From assembly GCA_965223415.1 (NCBI GenBank), contig OZ245002.1:928001-992000 (forward strand): a DNA stretch of 64,000 nt, given 5' to 3'. This DNA is from Myxococcota bacterium. GTDB lineage: Bacteria > Myxococcota_A > UBA9160 > UBA6930. The notes under the pieces were generated by a model that was not told where the DNA came from, did not search any database, and was given only the letters and a program-made list of their open reading frames with translations. Positions within the stretch are counted from its first letter, which is position 1; every line of letters starts with the position of its first letter. Shown here piece after piece: positions 1 to 9,841 of this stretch. The translations under genes and the position numbers were made by a program.

Positions 1-299
1 GGCTCCAGGCACTTGTACCGGAGGCCGTTCGGGAGCTGGAGGTCCCAGAGGTCCTGGCCCGCGGGCATCGGCAGGTGCCAGAAGTTCTTGCCGTAGAGCG
101 CGTTCCAGGGCTGCGACCCCTGGGTGTCCCACAGGAAGCACGCGCCGGAGGTCACGCCCTGGTTCGGGCGGAAGAAGGGATAGAGCTGCCCGGAGAGCCG
201 CCGCTCCGGCACGGCGAAGGTGAACCAGCAGGTCTCCGTCCAGTACGGGTCATCGCTGGCCGGCGGATGGAAACGGTCGTCCGGATGGGGCACCGACAC
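1..299 (-). CDS. Partial conserved hypothetical protein (N-terminus; runs off the window start)
   Basis: Manual translation (V)SVPHPDDRFHPPASDDPYWTETCWFTFAVPERRLSGQLYPFFRPNQGV... is open to position 1. GTG start at 299 or 293, directly after the gloA stop. Confidence 0.7.
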   Translation of the reverse strand, partial: MSVPHPDDRFHPPASDDPYWTETCWFTFAVPERRLSGQLYPFFRPNQGVTSGACFLWDTQGSQPWNALYGKNFWHLPMPAGQDLWDLQLPNGLRYKCLE

Positions 300-306
300 G
301 GCGCGC

Positions 307-726
307 CTACCACTCCCCCGTGTTCGGCATGGAGGCCCAGGGCTCCTGGGGCGAGAGCGCCTGGCCTTCCTGCAGGAGCTCGATCGAGATGCCGTCCGGC
401 GAGCGGACGAAGGCCATGTGGCCGTCGCGGGGCGGCCGGTTGATCGTGACGCCGGCATCCATCAGCCGCTGGCAGGTAGCGTAGATGTCGTCGACCGCGT
501 AGGCGAGGTGCCCGAAGTTGCGCCCGCCCTCGAGCTTCTCCGGATCCCAGTTCCAGGTGAGCTCCACCTGGGCGTCGGGCTGGCCCGGCGGGTGCAGGAA
601 GACGAGGCTGAAGCGCCCCGCCTCCACGTCGATGCGGCGGCCCTGCTCGAGGCCCAGCTTGTTGCAGTAGAAGTCGAGGGACGCGTCCACGTCGGTCACG
701 CGAACCATCGTGTGCAGGTACTTCAT
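307..726 (-). CDS. gloA: Lactoylglutathione lyase (glyoxalase I, VOC family)
   Basis: [25 protein letters not shown] and [10 protein letters not shown] motifs. Confidence 0.9.
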   Translation of the reverse strand: MKYLHTMVRVTDVDASLDFYCNKLGLEQGRRIDVEAGRFSLVFLHPPGQPDAQVELTWNWDPEKLEGGRNFGHLAYAVDDIYATCQRLMDAGVTINRPPRDGHMAFVRSPDGISIELLQEGQALSPQEPWASMPNTGEW

Positions 727-735
727 GGCTCTCCT

Positions 736-1707
736 TCAGCGATCCCAGAGCTCGGCCATGGCCGCGATCAGGTTGCCTGTATCGGCGTCGCCCCCGCCGG
801 TGAACTCCCGGTAGAGGGTGTCGACGTTGACGGCGATACGCTCGGCATCGCCCCAGCTCGAGAAGTCGCCAAGCTCGATGTCCCTGGCGGCCTCGAGCGC
901 CGAGAGGCCCGCGTCGTAACGCTTCCGCGCCTCGTCCCGGACGTACTCCAGATAGGCCTTCACCGCCTCGACGCCCCGGGCGTCGGTGATCGGCCCGTGG
1001 CCGGGGACGATCACCTCCGGCTCGAGGGACAGGATCCGGTCGCAGGCGGCGATCCAGTTGCCGACAGGTCCCACCCAGATGATCGGCGTGCCTTCGACGA
1101 AGAGGATGTCTCCGGTGAAGATCGTGCGATCGTCGGGAACGTGGACCAGTACGTCGCCGCGGGTGTGCGCCGGCCCCACCTCGTAGAGCTCCACCCGCTT
1201 GTCACCCACCCGCACGGTGAGCTCCTTTTCGAACGTACGGTTCGGCGGCGTGTGCCGGATACCCTCGAACTGGAAGGCGCCGAAGGCGTGCTGGATGAAG
1301 CGCGCCATCTGGGAATCCTGGTCCCGCGTGCCCGAGACCATCGCCGCCAGCACGCTCGGCGGGAGCTCCTCCATCTCCTCCGCAGCCGCCTTCGAGGCGA
1401 TGATCTCCGCGTCAGCGACGAGCTCGTTGCCGTGGCAGTGGTCGCCGTTGGCGTGGGTGTTCACGACGTGGTCGACCGGGGCTGCGGCCGCCGGCTCCGC
1501 ATGGCGCATGGCCGCGAGCATCTCCGCCGTGAGCGGCACGTCGAAGAGCGTGTCCACCAGCAGCGACTGGTCGCCGTCCACCACGAGCCCGGCGTTGCTC
1601 CAGCCCCAGGAGCCGTCGGGCTGGAGGTAGGCGTAGACGCCGCGCCCCGTCTCCAGCAGGCCCTTCCGGAAGGCCCACTTCGGAACGCCCAGGTTGTCCC
1701 ATGCCAT
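736..1707 (-). CDS. MBL-fold metallo-hydrolase (cyclase-like)
   Basis: WGWSNAGLV, THANGDHCHGN, AHT..D, TGD and PGHG motifs. Start MAWDN at 1707 follows a GGGAGGGAG RBS. Confidence 0.85.
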   Translation of the reverse strand: MAWDNLGVPKWAFRKGLLETGRGVYAYLQPDGSWGWSNAGLVVDGDQSLLVDTLFDVPLTAEMLAAMRHAEPAAAAPVDHVVNTHANGDHCHGNELVADAEIIASKAAAEEMEELPPSVLAAMVSGTRDQDSQMARFIQHAFGAFQFEGIRHTPPNRTFEKELTVRVGDKRVELYEVGPAHTRGDVLVHVPDDRTIFTGDILFVEGTPIIWVGPVGNWIAACDRILSLEPEVIVPGHGPITDARGVEAVKAYLEYVRDEARKRYDAGLSALEAARDIELGDFSSWGDAERIAVNVDTLYREFTGGGDADTGNLIAAMAELWDR

Positions 1708-1720
1708 CGCGCTCCCTCCC

Positions 1721-2650
1721 CTAGCCGTCCACGCTCTCGCCGTCCTCGGCCCAGGCCCGGAGCAGATGGTGGGCGATGGCCATGGGGGGCGGCACGCCGA
1801 GCTCCGAGCCGTCGCCGGCCAGGGCGGCCTTGGCCTGGGCACGGGTGAACCAGCAGGCCTCCTCGATCTCGTCCTTGTCGACCTGGATCGTCTCGGAGAG
1901 GCCCTCGGCCAGGCAGCCGATCATCAGCGACGCCGGGAACGGCCACGGCTGGGAGGCGAGGTAGCGGACGCGGCCCACGTCGATGCCGGCCTCCTCCTTC
2001 ACCTCCCGGCGCACGGCCTCCTCGAGGGTCTCCCCCGGCTCGACGAAGCCGGCGAGGGCGGAGAAGAAGGGATGGGGCCAGCTGGCCTGGCGACCGAGCA
2101 GGCAGCGATCACCGCGGGTGACGAGCATGATCGCCACCGGATCGGTGCGCGGGAAGTGCTCGGTGGCGCAGTCGGCGGCGTTGCACAGGCGCGCATAGCC
2201 GCCGTCCTTCGAGCGGGTGGCCCCACCGCAGCCGGGACAGAAGCGGTGACGCGAGTGCCAATCGACGAGGTGTCGGGCGTGAGCCGCCGTGCCGGCCTCG
2301 CCGGCGGGGAGCTGCGCGGCGACGGCGCGCAGGTCCGGGAAGGACGCGGCGCCCTCGAGTCCGAGCGTGTCGGTCGGGTCGGCGAGGCTCGAGACGTCGA
2401 GGGCGAAGTGGGCGACGTCGCGTTGCAAGCCGAGGAAGATCGGCTCCACCGTCGAGGAGACCTCGTCGCGCAGGGCGTTCGTTGCCCAGGCCAGCCGCGG
2501 CTCGTCCTCGCGCACGAGGACGGACAGGCGCCAGACGGGGAGGAAGCGCGTGGCGTCGTCGGCGAGGCGTGCCTCCAGCCAGGCCGCGTCGCGGCGTCGG
2601 AAGTCCGCGCGGTCGAGAGGGCTGCCGGAAAAGACGATGGAGCGGGGCAC
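1721..2650 (-). CDS. nudC: NAD(+) diphosphatase (Nudix, NudC)
   Basis: CPGC...C zinc ribbon, FPRTDP, Nudix box GFVEPGETLEEAVRREVKEEAG and the SQPWPFPASLM signature. Confidence 0.92.
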   Translation of the reverse strand: MPRSIVFSGSPLDRADFRRRDAAWLEARLADDATRFLPVWRLSVLVREDEPRLAWATNALRDEVSSTVEPIFLGLQRDVAHFALDVSSLADPTDTLGLEGAASFPDLRAVAAQLPAGEAGTAAHARHLVDWHSRHRFCPGCGGATRSKDGGYARLCNAADCATEHFPRTDPVAIMLVTRGDRCLLGRQASWPHPFFSALAGFVEPGETLEEAVRREVKEEAGIDVGRVRYLASQPWPFPASLMIGCLAEGLSETIQVDKDEIEEACWFTRAQAKAALAGDGSELGVPPPMAIAHHLLRAWAEDGESVDG

Positions 2651-2721
2651 CCGGGGACGCTACCGCAACCGTCCCGGCCCCGGGACCGTGGTAGAGTCGC
2701 CGGTCCGAGGAGGACGCGGAC

Positions 2722-4020
2722 ATGGCGTGGGATTTCGAGACCGAGCCGGAGTTCCAGCGGGAGCTGGACTGGATCGACGCCTTCGTGCGGGAGGAGATCG
2801 AGCCTCTCGACTACGTCCTGGGCGATCCGTACGACAAGAGCGACGCCAAGGCGATGGCGATCGTGAAGCCGCTCCAGGAGCAGGTAAGGGAGCGGGGGCT
2901 CTGGGCCTGCCACCTGGGGCCGGAGCTCGGGGGCCTCGGCTTCGGGCAGCTGAAGCTGGCGCTGATGAACGAGCTCCTGGGCCGTTCGGGCTGGGCGCCC
3001 ACGGTGTTCGGCTGCCAGGCGCCGGACTCGGGCAACGCGGAGATCCTCGCCCACTACGGCAGCGAGGAGCAGAAGGCGCGCTTCCTGCAGCCGCTCCTGG
3101 ATGGCGAGATCTCCTCCTGCTACTCGATGACCGAGCCCCACGCCGGCGCCGACCCGACGCTCTTCACCACGCGCGCAGTGAGGGACGGCGACGACTGGGT
3201 GATCAACGGCGAGAAGTGGTTCGCGTCGAACGCCCGCTACTCCGCGTTCCTGATCGTGATGGCGGTGACCGACCCGGACGTGAGCCCCTACGAGGGCATG
3301 TCCATGCTGATCGTGCCGACGGACACGCCCGGCGTGAACATCGTGCGCAACGTCGGGCTCGGCACCGAGAACGAGGAGCACGCGAGCCACGCCTACATCC
3401 GCTACGAGGACGTGCGGGTTCCGGCGAACCACATGCTGGGCGAGCCGGGCTCGGCCTTCGTCATCGCCCAGACGCGGCTCGGCGGCGGACGCATCCACCA
3501 CGCCATGCGCACCATGGCTCAGCTTCGCCAGTGCTTCGACATGATGTGCGAGCGTGCGCTCTCCCGAGAGACCCGCAAGGGCCGGCTGGCCGATTTCCAG
3601 CTCGTCCAGGACGCGATCGCCGACAGCTACATCGAGATCGAGCAGTTCCGACTGCTGGTGCTGCGGACGGCCTGGCTGATCGACCGCTACAACGACTACA
3701 AGCGGACCCGGAAGGACATCGCTGCGATCAAGGTGGCGATGCCGAAGGTCTACCACGACGTGGCGCAGCGGGCGATGCACATCCACGGCGCCCTCGGCGT
3801 CTCGAACGAGCTGCCCTTCGCACGCATGATGCTCGCCGCCGAGGTGATGGGCATCGCCGACGGCCCCACCGAGGTGCACAAGGTCACCATCGCCCGCCAG
3901 GTCCTGCGCGACTACAAGCCCGTGGACGGCCTCTGGCCCAGCGCCCACATCCCCGCCCGCCGAGCCACCGCCCGCGAACGCTTCGCCCACCTCCTGGAAT
4001 CCGAGATCGGCAACCTCTGA
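2722..4020 (+). CDS. Acyl-CoA dehydrogenase
   Basis: CQAPDSGNAEIL, SMTEP, NGEKWF, RLGGGRIHH and ADGPTEVH motifs. GAGGAGG RBS. Confidence 0.92.
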   Translation: MAWDFETEPEFQRELDWIDAFVREEIEPLDYVLGDPYDKSDAKAMAIVKPLQEQVRERGLWACHLGPELGGLGFGQLKLALMNELLGRSGWAPTVFGCQAPDSGNAEILAHYGSEEQKARFLQPLLDGEISSCYSMTEPHAGADPTLFTTRAVRDGDDWVINGEKWFASNARYSAFLIVMAVTDPDVSPYEGMSMLIVPTDTPGVNIVRNVGLGTENEEHASHAYIRYEDVRVPANHMLGEPGSAFVIAQTRLGGGRIHHAMRTMAQLRQCFDMMCERALSRETRKGRLADFQLVQDAIADSYIEIEQFRLLVLRTAWLIDRYNDYKRTRKDIAAIKVAMPKVYHDVAQRAMHIHGALGVSNELPFARMMLAAEVMGIADGPTEVHKVTIARQVLRDYKPVDGLWPSAHIPARRATARERFAHLLESEIGNL

Positions 4021-4030
4021 TGTCAAGCTA

Positions 4031-4095
4031 GGGGCCGGTTCCGTTTGTTAAGTTGTTGGAGACCCGAGAACGGCTTAACAAACGGAACCGGCCCC
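4031..4095. repeat. 22-bp perfect inverted repeat (REP-like or bidirectional terminator)
   Basis: GGGGCCGGTTCCGTTTGTTAAG (4031-4052) and its reverse complement (4074-4095), between convergent genes. Confidence 0.8.
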
Positions 4096-4099
4096 CCGC

Positions 4100-4765
4100 T
4101 TAACAGCTGCTGAGCTGGAGATCGGCGAAGACGGAGCCGTCGCGTTCCACGATCTCGCCGGGCTGGACGTTGATCGGGGCTTGGAACATCGGGCCCGCCC
4201 AGGCGTAGGTGTGAAACTCGCCGTTCTCGCCGCAGGGATCGACGTCCGCAGGGAGCCGCTGCAGGAAGGCGGCGTCCCAGGGCTCGCCACAGCGCTCGCG
4301 GGGCAGGACCTTCGGATCGATGCAGGTGACGAAGGCCTCGAGGCCGCCGGCCTGCATCTCCGCCGCCAGCACCGCGGTGTCCCGTCCCCAGATCGGGAAC
4401 CGGGGGACGATCCCGGTGCCGCGGAGGAGATCCTCCCGGTAGGCGCGGATGTCCTCGAGAAACAGGTCGCCGAACGCCATCTGCTCCACGCCCTCCTGCC
4501 TCGCATCCTCCATGAGCACGGCCACGGCGGCCTCGTACTGGGCGTTGCTGCAGGGATGCGGGATCCCGACGGTGCGCAGGTCGAGCCCCGCCGCCGCCGC
4601 CTGCCGCCGCAGCAGCTCCCCGCGCACGGCGTGCATCGCCACCCGCTCGTGGGTGCGGTTCACCGTGGTGACGAGGGCGGTCACGTCGCCTTCCCCTGTC
4701 TCGCGCAGACGCTGCAACGCCCAGGCGCTGTCCTTTCCGCTGCTCCACCAGAGCCAGGTGCTCAC
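4100..4765 (-). CDS. Adenine nucleotide alpha-hydrolase / diphthine-ammonia ligase-like ATP-binding protein
   Basis: WSSGKDS PP-loop, FGDLFLEDIRAYRE and DPCGENGEFHT. The GTG start overlaps the upstream TGA (GTGA). Confidence 0.88.
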   Translation of the reverse strand: MSTWLWWSSGKDSAWALQRLRETGEGDVTALVTTVNRTHERVAMHAVRGELLRRQAAAAGLDLRTVGIPHPCSNAQYEAAVAVLMEDARQEGVEQMAFGDLFLEDIRAYREDLLRGTGIVPRFPIWGRDTAVLAAEMQAGGLEAFVTCIDPKVLPRERCGEPWDAAFLQRLPADVDPCGENGEFHTYAWAGPMFQAPINVQPGEIVERDGSVFADLQLSSC

Positions 4766-5643
4766 CGGCTGGCCAGGATGTCCGCGGCGCGTTCGACCTC
4801 CGCCAGGTCCGGTGTCGCCGGCACGAGCAGACACTCCTCGGCGCCGAGCCTCTCCATCGCGTCGAGGGCCTCGCGGACCGCGTCGGGGCTGCTGCGCGTC
4901 ATCGTCTTCGCCACGGCGCTGGCGGCAGCGTCGCCGAACACCTTCAGGTACTCGAACACGTACTGCTGGAGCCGGCGAGCGCCGTCGTCGGCCAGGGAGA
5001 GCCAGAAGCCGACGACGCGACGCGGGGCCGCCTCCCGCCCCGCCTCCTCCCAGGCCTCGCGGCCCATCTGGAGCTGACGTTCCACCTCCCCCGCTTCACC
5101 GTTTCCGCTCCAGCTGTAGAGCCCGTCGGCCCAGGCCGCGGCCCGGCGGATCGCCTTCGGCCCCATGGCGCCGGCCAGGATCTCGGGCCCACCGGGTTGG
5201 ACCGGGCGCGGCCCCACCTCGTCGGCGCCCTCGAAGGGCGGCTCGCCGGCCCACAGCCGGCGCAGCTCCGCCACCTGCTCGTCCATGCGCGCGTGACGCC
5301 GCTCGAAGGGCATCCCGACCGTCCGGTAATCGACCTCCCGCCCGCCGACGCCGACGGTGAGGCGGACCCGCCCCTCCGAGAGCACGTCGAGGGTCGCCAC
5401 CTCTTTCGCCACCCGAGCCGTCGCGTGCGTCGGGAGGACGTAGAGACTCGGCATGATGCGTACACGCTCGGTCACGGCGGCGGCCGCAGAGAGCAGCACC
5501 CGCATGTCGAAGGTGTAGCCGGTCACCCGCTCGCCACAGGCCACGGTGGAGAATCCACCCTCGTCGAGGCGCCGGCACCAGGCCAGCATGTCCTCGCGAG
5601 AGAACTCCCGCTCCATGTAGGGGAGACACATGCCGACCTTCAT
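4762..5643 (-). CDS. LLM-class flavin-dependent oxidoreductase
   Basis: AAAVTERVRI, ATLDVLSEGRV and GPKAIRRAA..ADG luciferase-like motifs. GAGGAGG RBS. Confidence 0.85.
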   Translation of the reverse strand: MKVGMCLPYMEREFSREDMLAWCRRLDEGGFSTVACGERVTGYTFDMRVLLSAAAAVTERVRIMPSLYVLPTHATARVAKEVATLDVLSEGRVRLTVGVGGREVDYRTVGMPFERRHARMDEQVAELRRLWAGEPPFEGADEVGPRPVQPGGPEILAGAMGPKAIRRAAAWADGLYSWSGNGEAGEVERQLQMGREAWEEAGREAAPRRVVGFWLSLADDGARRLQQYVFEYLKVFGDAAASAVAKTMTRSSPDAVREALDAMERLGAEECLLVPATPDLAEVERAADILASR

Positions 5644-5769
5644 GAATCCTCCTCGGGTTGCCGATGGACGCTAGCGAAGGTGGCCTGGATCACCGAAGCC
5701 CCGGTGAGCCCGGTTACACTCTGAACCCTTCGTGCGGACGTTGAACCGCCCATCCCCCGGAGCAAGACC

Positions 5770-6327
5770 GTGGCCCTCTTCGATCGAAGCGACAAAGGCG
5801 ACAAGACCGAGCGCAACGCCCCGCCGCCGCCCAAGGCCGCCGAGGCGCCGCCGAAGACCGAGGCGGCGAAGCCGCCGGAGGCCGAGCCGACCCAGCCGAA
5901 GTACCCGTCCAGCGGTGCACCGCTGGCGGAGGAGTCGGCACGGATCGGCCCGGGCCTCTCCGTGGAGGGCGAGGTCCATGGCGAAGAAGACCTCATCCTC
6001 GACGGCAGGGTGAAGGGCTCCCTCTCCCTCGGCCGCCACCAGCTCCTGGTGGGCGAGGCCGGCTGCGCCCGGGCCGACGTGAGCGCACGCAAGGTCGTGG
6101 TGTTCGGCGAGGTGATCGGCGACATCGAGGCGAGCGAGTGCGTGGAGCTGCGCCACACCGCCCGCGTGAAGGGCAACGTCCGGACACCGCGCCTGCGCAT
6201 GGACGAGGGCGCCGAGCTCCAGGGCCGGGTCGAGATGGCGGGCGGGGAGAAGAAGGCCGCCCAGCCGAAGACCAACGGGGCGAAGCCGCCGGAGGCCAGC
6301 GGCGAGGCGGCGCCGGCTCCGGCCTAG
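5770..6327 (+). CDS. Bactofilin (polymer-forming cytoskeletal protein)
   Basis: IGPGLSVEGEVHGEEDLILDGRVKG...V.GEV.GDI.A...VEL...ARV.GNV..PRL.MDEGA...G core with Pro/Ala-rich tails. Confidence 0.9.
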   Translation: MALFDRSDKGDKTERNAPPPPKAAEAPPKTEAAKPPEAEPTQPKYPSSGAPLAEESARIGPGLSVEGEVHGEEDLILDGRVKGSLSLGRHQLLVGEAGCARADVSARKVVVFGEVIGDIEASECVELRHTARVKGNVRTPRLRMDEGAELQGRVEMAGGEKKAAQPKTNGAKPPEASGEAAPAPA

Positions 6328-6369
6328 GCCCTACTCCCTACCCCGTACCCGCCTTTCCAGGGGTCCGGA

Positions 6370-7857
6370 TCAGCGCTCCTCGGCTGCGACCGCGTCGGCG
6401 CGAGCCTGGGCGAGATCGAGCCCGGCCAGGATGGCGTTGCGCAGCTCTCGCGGGTCGATGATGTCGTCGTAGCCCATGCCCGCGGCGGAGCGCCACGGGC
6501 CGGACGCCTGCACCTCCTCGACCCGCGCCTGGGTCTCGTCGTCGAGCTTCGCCGACGCACCGCCGGGCGCGGCCGGCATCGAGCTCATCGTCGTCGCGGG
6601 AAACGAGAGCATCAGCGTCTGGTGGTCGAAGGGGTTCGCGGCCATCGTCGACGAGCCGAAGCCGAAGGCCTTGCGGAAGGTGACGGAGATCTTCGGCACC
6701 CGCAGCCGATGCTGGGCCTTGAACATCTTGCCGGCCCACTTGAGGATGCCGTCGCGCTCGGCCTTCGTCCCGGCCATCACGCCGGGGTTGTCGGCCAGGA
6801 AGATCACGGGGAGGTTGAAGCGGCCGGCGGTCTCCAGGAAGTCCGTCGCCTTGATCGCCGCCTGGCTGTCCACCGATCCCGAGCGCACCCAGGGGTCGTT
6901 GGCCAGGATCGCCACGGCCCGCCCGCCGAGGAACGCGAGGCCCGTCGCCAGGGAGCGTCCGTAGCGCGGCTGCACCTCGAACCAGCTGCCCTCGTCGACC
7001 ATTAGCTCGACGACCCGCCGCATCTTGTAGGGCTTGCGATCGTCCGGCGGAACGATCTCGAGGATCTCGTCCAGCAGACGCGGCCCCGTGTCCGGGCCCT
7101 CGCGCCGAGGCCCCGGCTGCCGACGGTTCGAGGGGAAGTAGCCCAGGTAGCGACGCGCCTGGGCGATGGCGTCGGCGTCGTCCGCCGCCACGTTGTGGGC
7201 GGTGCCGGCGGCCTCGCACACCGCCGCGCCGCCCAGCTCCTCCTTGGTGACGTCCTCGCCGAGGGCGGACTTCACGAGCGGCGGCCCGCCGGTGAACATC
7301 GCCGCGGATCGGCTCATCACCGTGAAGTCGCTGAGGGGCGAGGTGAGCGCGCCGTGGCCGGCGGAGGCACCGAGCACGAGGCAGACCATCGGCACCTCGC
7401 CGGAGAGGTCGGCCAGGGCGAGCAGATCGTTGGGAGCGCGGCCGCCGTGGCCCTCGGCCTCGGTGAGGCGGTGGCCGGCGCCGTCGAGCATGAAGACGAG
7501 GGGCACCCGCTCCTCGAGCGCGAGCTGGCAGATCCGATAGCGCTTGGCCATCGACCCGGCGCCGATGGAGCCGCCCAGCACCGTGAAGTCCTCAGCCGCG
7601 GCCATCACGGGCCGCCCTTCGACGCGGCCGAAGCCGGCCACCAGGGCGTCCGCCGGCGCCCGGGTGCCCCCCACCAGCGGGCCCAGCTCGACGAAGCTGC
7701 CCTCGTCGAAGAGCAGGTCGAGGCGCGTGCGGGCGTCGAGCTTGCCGCGCCCGGTCATCAGCCGTTCCACCCGCTCGGCGCCGCCCATCCCACGGGCGAT
7801 TCCGCGGCGCCGTTCCAGCTCCTCCAGGATGGGCTTCCAGTCGTCCCGCGAGCTCAT
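6370..7857 (-). CDS. Acyl-CoA carboxylase, carboxyltransferase subunit
   Basis: GKLDAR.RL..LFD.GSF.E, DFTVLGGS, GPPLVK..LGE....EELGG and DNPG motifs. Confidence 0.88.
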   Translation of the reverse strand: MSSRDDWKPILEELERRRGIARGMGGAERVERLMTGRGKLDARTRLDLLFDEGSFVELGPLVGGTRAPADALVAGFGRVEGRPVMAAAEDFTVLGGSIGAGSMAKRYRICQLALEERVPLVFMLDGAGHRLTEAEGHGGRAPNDLLALADLSGEVPMVCLVLGASAGHGALTSPLSDFTVMSRSAAMFTGGPPLVKSALGEDVTKEELGGAAVCEAAGTAHNVAADDADAIAQARRYLGYFPSNRRQPGPRREGPDTGPRLLDEILEIVPPDDRKPYKMRRVVELMVDEGSWFEVQPRYGRSLATGLAFLGGRAVAILANDPWVRSGSVDSQAAIKATDFLETAGRFNLPVIFLADNPGVMAGTKAERDGILKWAGKMFKAQHRLRVPKISVTFRKAFGFGSSTMAANPFDHQTLMLSFPATTMSSMPAAPGGASAKLDDETQARVEEVQASGPWRSAAGMGYDDIIDPRELRNAILAGLDLAQARADAVAAEER

Positions 7858-7891
7858 GGCGGCTGATGGTGCCAGCCGCGGCGAGCCGCGG

Positions 7892-8845
7892 CTACCCGAG
7901 CTTCATCAGGGCCGAGAGCCCGCCCTCCATCGCGTGGAGCAGGCGCGCGCAGGCGTCGAGCTCGAGACCGAGGGGCGCGAGCAGCTCGACGACCCGCGCG
8001 TCCACCTCTTGCGACTGGCCCGGCTCCCAGCCCTTGCCGAGCAGGTGCGCCAGCGTGTCCGCCGCGTAGAGCGCCCAGGTGAGCGGCGCCTCCGGCCCCT
8101 CGGCGTCGTCGGGCTCGTGGTGGAGCCGGATCGCCTGCACGAAGGGCTCCGGAAACGCCCAGGAACCGACTGCCGCGGCACCGAGCTCGGCGTGCAGCGT
8201 GTCCTCGGCGGCGGCGACCACCCGCGCCTCCATCCGACGGAGCTTCCGGGTCTCGCGCCGCGCCTCGGACAGGAAGGAGAGCATGACGACCCGGCCGACG
8301 TCGTGGACGAGACCGAGGAGGAAGCCCGAATCCTGCCACGGCGGAATGTCCTCGAGCAGGGTCTGGCAGCAGATGGCGGTGGTCACGGCGTGCTCCCACA
8401 GCGCCCGCCCCCGCTCCGGGTCCGGCAGGTCGAAGACGCCCGAGCGCATCGTCACCGCCACGACCAGGTTCCGGGCCTCGGCGACCCCCATGCGCATCAG
8501 CGCCTCGTGGACCGAGAGCACCGGCTCGCTGCCGCGCAGGACGGCGCTGTTCGCGAGTCCCACGACCTTGGCCGCCAATGGCGGATCCATCTCGACGGCG
8601 TAGGTCAGCTCGCCGAGGTCGACCTCGGCCTCCCCCATCAGGTCCATGATGCGGCCGAGGGTGGCGGGCACGACCGGCAGGCGCAGTCGGCGCTCCTCCA
8701 GGGCCGCGAGCAGCCGCTCCAGGATCGGGCGTTCCGGACCGTCGCCGGCGATGCAGGTGCGCACCTGCGCCAGCAAGTGCGCGGCGGCGGCCTCGTCGAG
8801 GGTCTCGTGGTCCCGCGCGGCGGCGTCGAGAGGCGAAGGCGCCAT
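7892..8845 (-). CDS. Stand-alone HDOD domain protein
   Basis: LPVVP, DPPLAAKVVGLANS, LWEHAV, GLVHDVG, HAELG...W.FP...AI..HH. Confidence 0.88.
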   Translation of the reverse strand: MAPSPLDAAARDHETLDEAAAAHLLAQVRTCIAGDGPERPILERLLAALEERRLRLPVVPATLGRIMDLMGEAEVDLGELTYAVEMDPPLAAKVVGLANSAVLRGSEPVLSVHEALMRMGVAEARNLVVAVTMRSGVFDLPDPERGRALWEHAVTTAICCQTLLEDIPPWQDSGFLLGLVHDVGRVVMLSFLSEARRETRKLRRMEARVVAAAEDTLHAELGAAAVGSWAFPEPFVQAIRLHHEPDDAEGPEAPLTWALYAADTLAHLLGKGWEPGQSQEVDARVVELLAPLGLELDACARLLHAMEGGLSALMKLG

Positions 8846-8893
8846 GCGGAACCCTGCGGCACGTCGCAGCGGACGCTTGATCGGGGGAACGCC

Positions 8894-9841
8894 CTACAGC
8901 GCTGGGGCGATCGCCTCCGGCATCGCGTCCTCCCGGAGCGGCACGCAGCCCGTTCCCAGCACGCGGCTGGCGTAGACGGAGTCCGGGGCGGTCTCCGCTC
9001 GCTCGAGCGCCCGCGCGCGTCTCCCCCGTTGCACCCGTCCCGCCACGTGGCCGCCGACCACGAAGGGAAGCTGCATCTCCGGAAGGAAGTATCCCGACAC
9101 GTAGGTGGCGTAGGCGGGAAACAGGACGGTGTAGGCGTCCATCTCCTGCGCTCGCGCGCGATCGCACTTCAGGAAGGCCACGGCGTCCTCGGTCGCGACT
9201 GCTTCGTGCCAGAGGTCGACGAGGGGGACCAGGCGGAGGAGCCCCATGTAGGTGCCCTTCCAGCGCGCCCGCAGGTAGTCCTTGGCGTGTCCCGCCTCGT
9301 GGAGCAGGACGCCGGGATCGCTCGAGTAGACGTTGATGGTGTTGCTGTAGGGATTGAAGTGATCGCCGCCCCCGATCAGCGGGAAGCCGGCGAGCAGACG
9401 ATCCGGCAGCAGCGTGTAGCGGAGCCAGGAGAAGATCCCGAGGGTGTAGCGGTAGCCGGCGGCGACCTCGCGGTTGCGCACGAGGCGTCCGAACTCGCCG
9501 CCGGGGGCGTACTGGTTGTGGCGGACCTTCACGGAGCGCATGGAGTTGAGGGCGAGGTAGCGGCGCAGGAGATCCTCGCCCTCTTCGTGGAGCTCGTGGT
9601 CGAGGATCTGCCAATCCCACAGGATGAGCTTGGTGGGCAGGCTGAGCACGTAGTGGTTGAGGCCGTCCAGCAGCGCGATCGGACGGCCCCGCTCGAGCTG
9701 GGCGCCCGCGTCGGGCGCGACGTGCTGCGAGGCGACCGCGCTCTCGGACGGCAGCCGGTAGCGCCCGGCCCCCACGGCGCAGCCGGCTCCCAGCACCGCG
9801 CACAGCCCCAGCATCGCGAGCCGGCCCGCCACCACCCTCAT
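8894..9841 (-). CDS. Hypothetical lipoprotein with an HExxH motif
   Basis: Signal peptide ending LGAGC, then GDHFNPYSNTI and LLHEAGHAKD. ATGA overlap with the upstream gene. Confidence 0.7.
   Translation of the reverse strand: MRVVAGRLAMLGLCAVLGAGCAVGAGRYRLPSESAVASQHVAPDAGAQLERGRPIALLDGLNHYVLSLPTKLILWDWQILDHELHEEGEDLLRRYLALNSMRSVKVRHNQYAPGGEFGRLVRNREVAAGYRYTLGIFSWLRYTLLPDRLLAGFPLIGGGDHFNPYSNTINVYSSDPGVLLHEAGHAKDYLRARWKGTYMGLLRLVPLVDLWHEAVATEDAVAFLKCDRARAQEMDAYTVLFPAYATYVSGYFLPEMQLPFVVGGHVAGRVQRGRRARALERAETAPDSVYASRVLGTGCVPLREDAMPEAIAPAL

Noticed and set aside
5770..6327. Bactofilin as part of the MamK-like system
   Set aside because: It is over 50 kb away and stand-alone, and bactofilins are widespread.
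6328..6369. Possible additional REP-like arms here and at about 32005-32035
   Set aside because: Single copies with no inverted partner or exact match elsewhere in the window.
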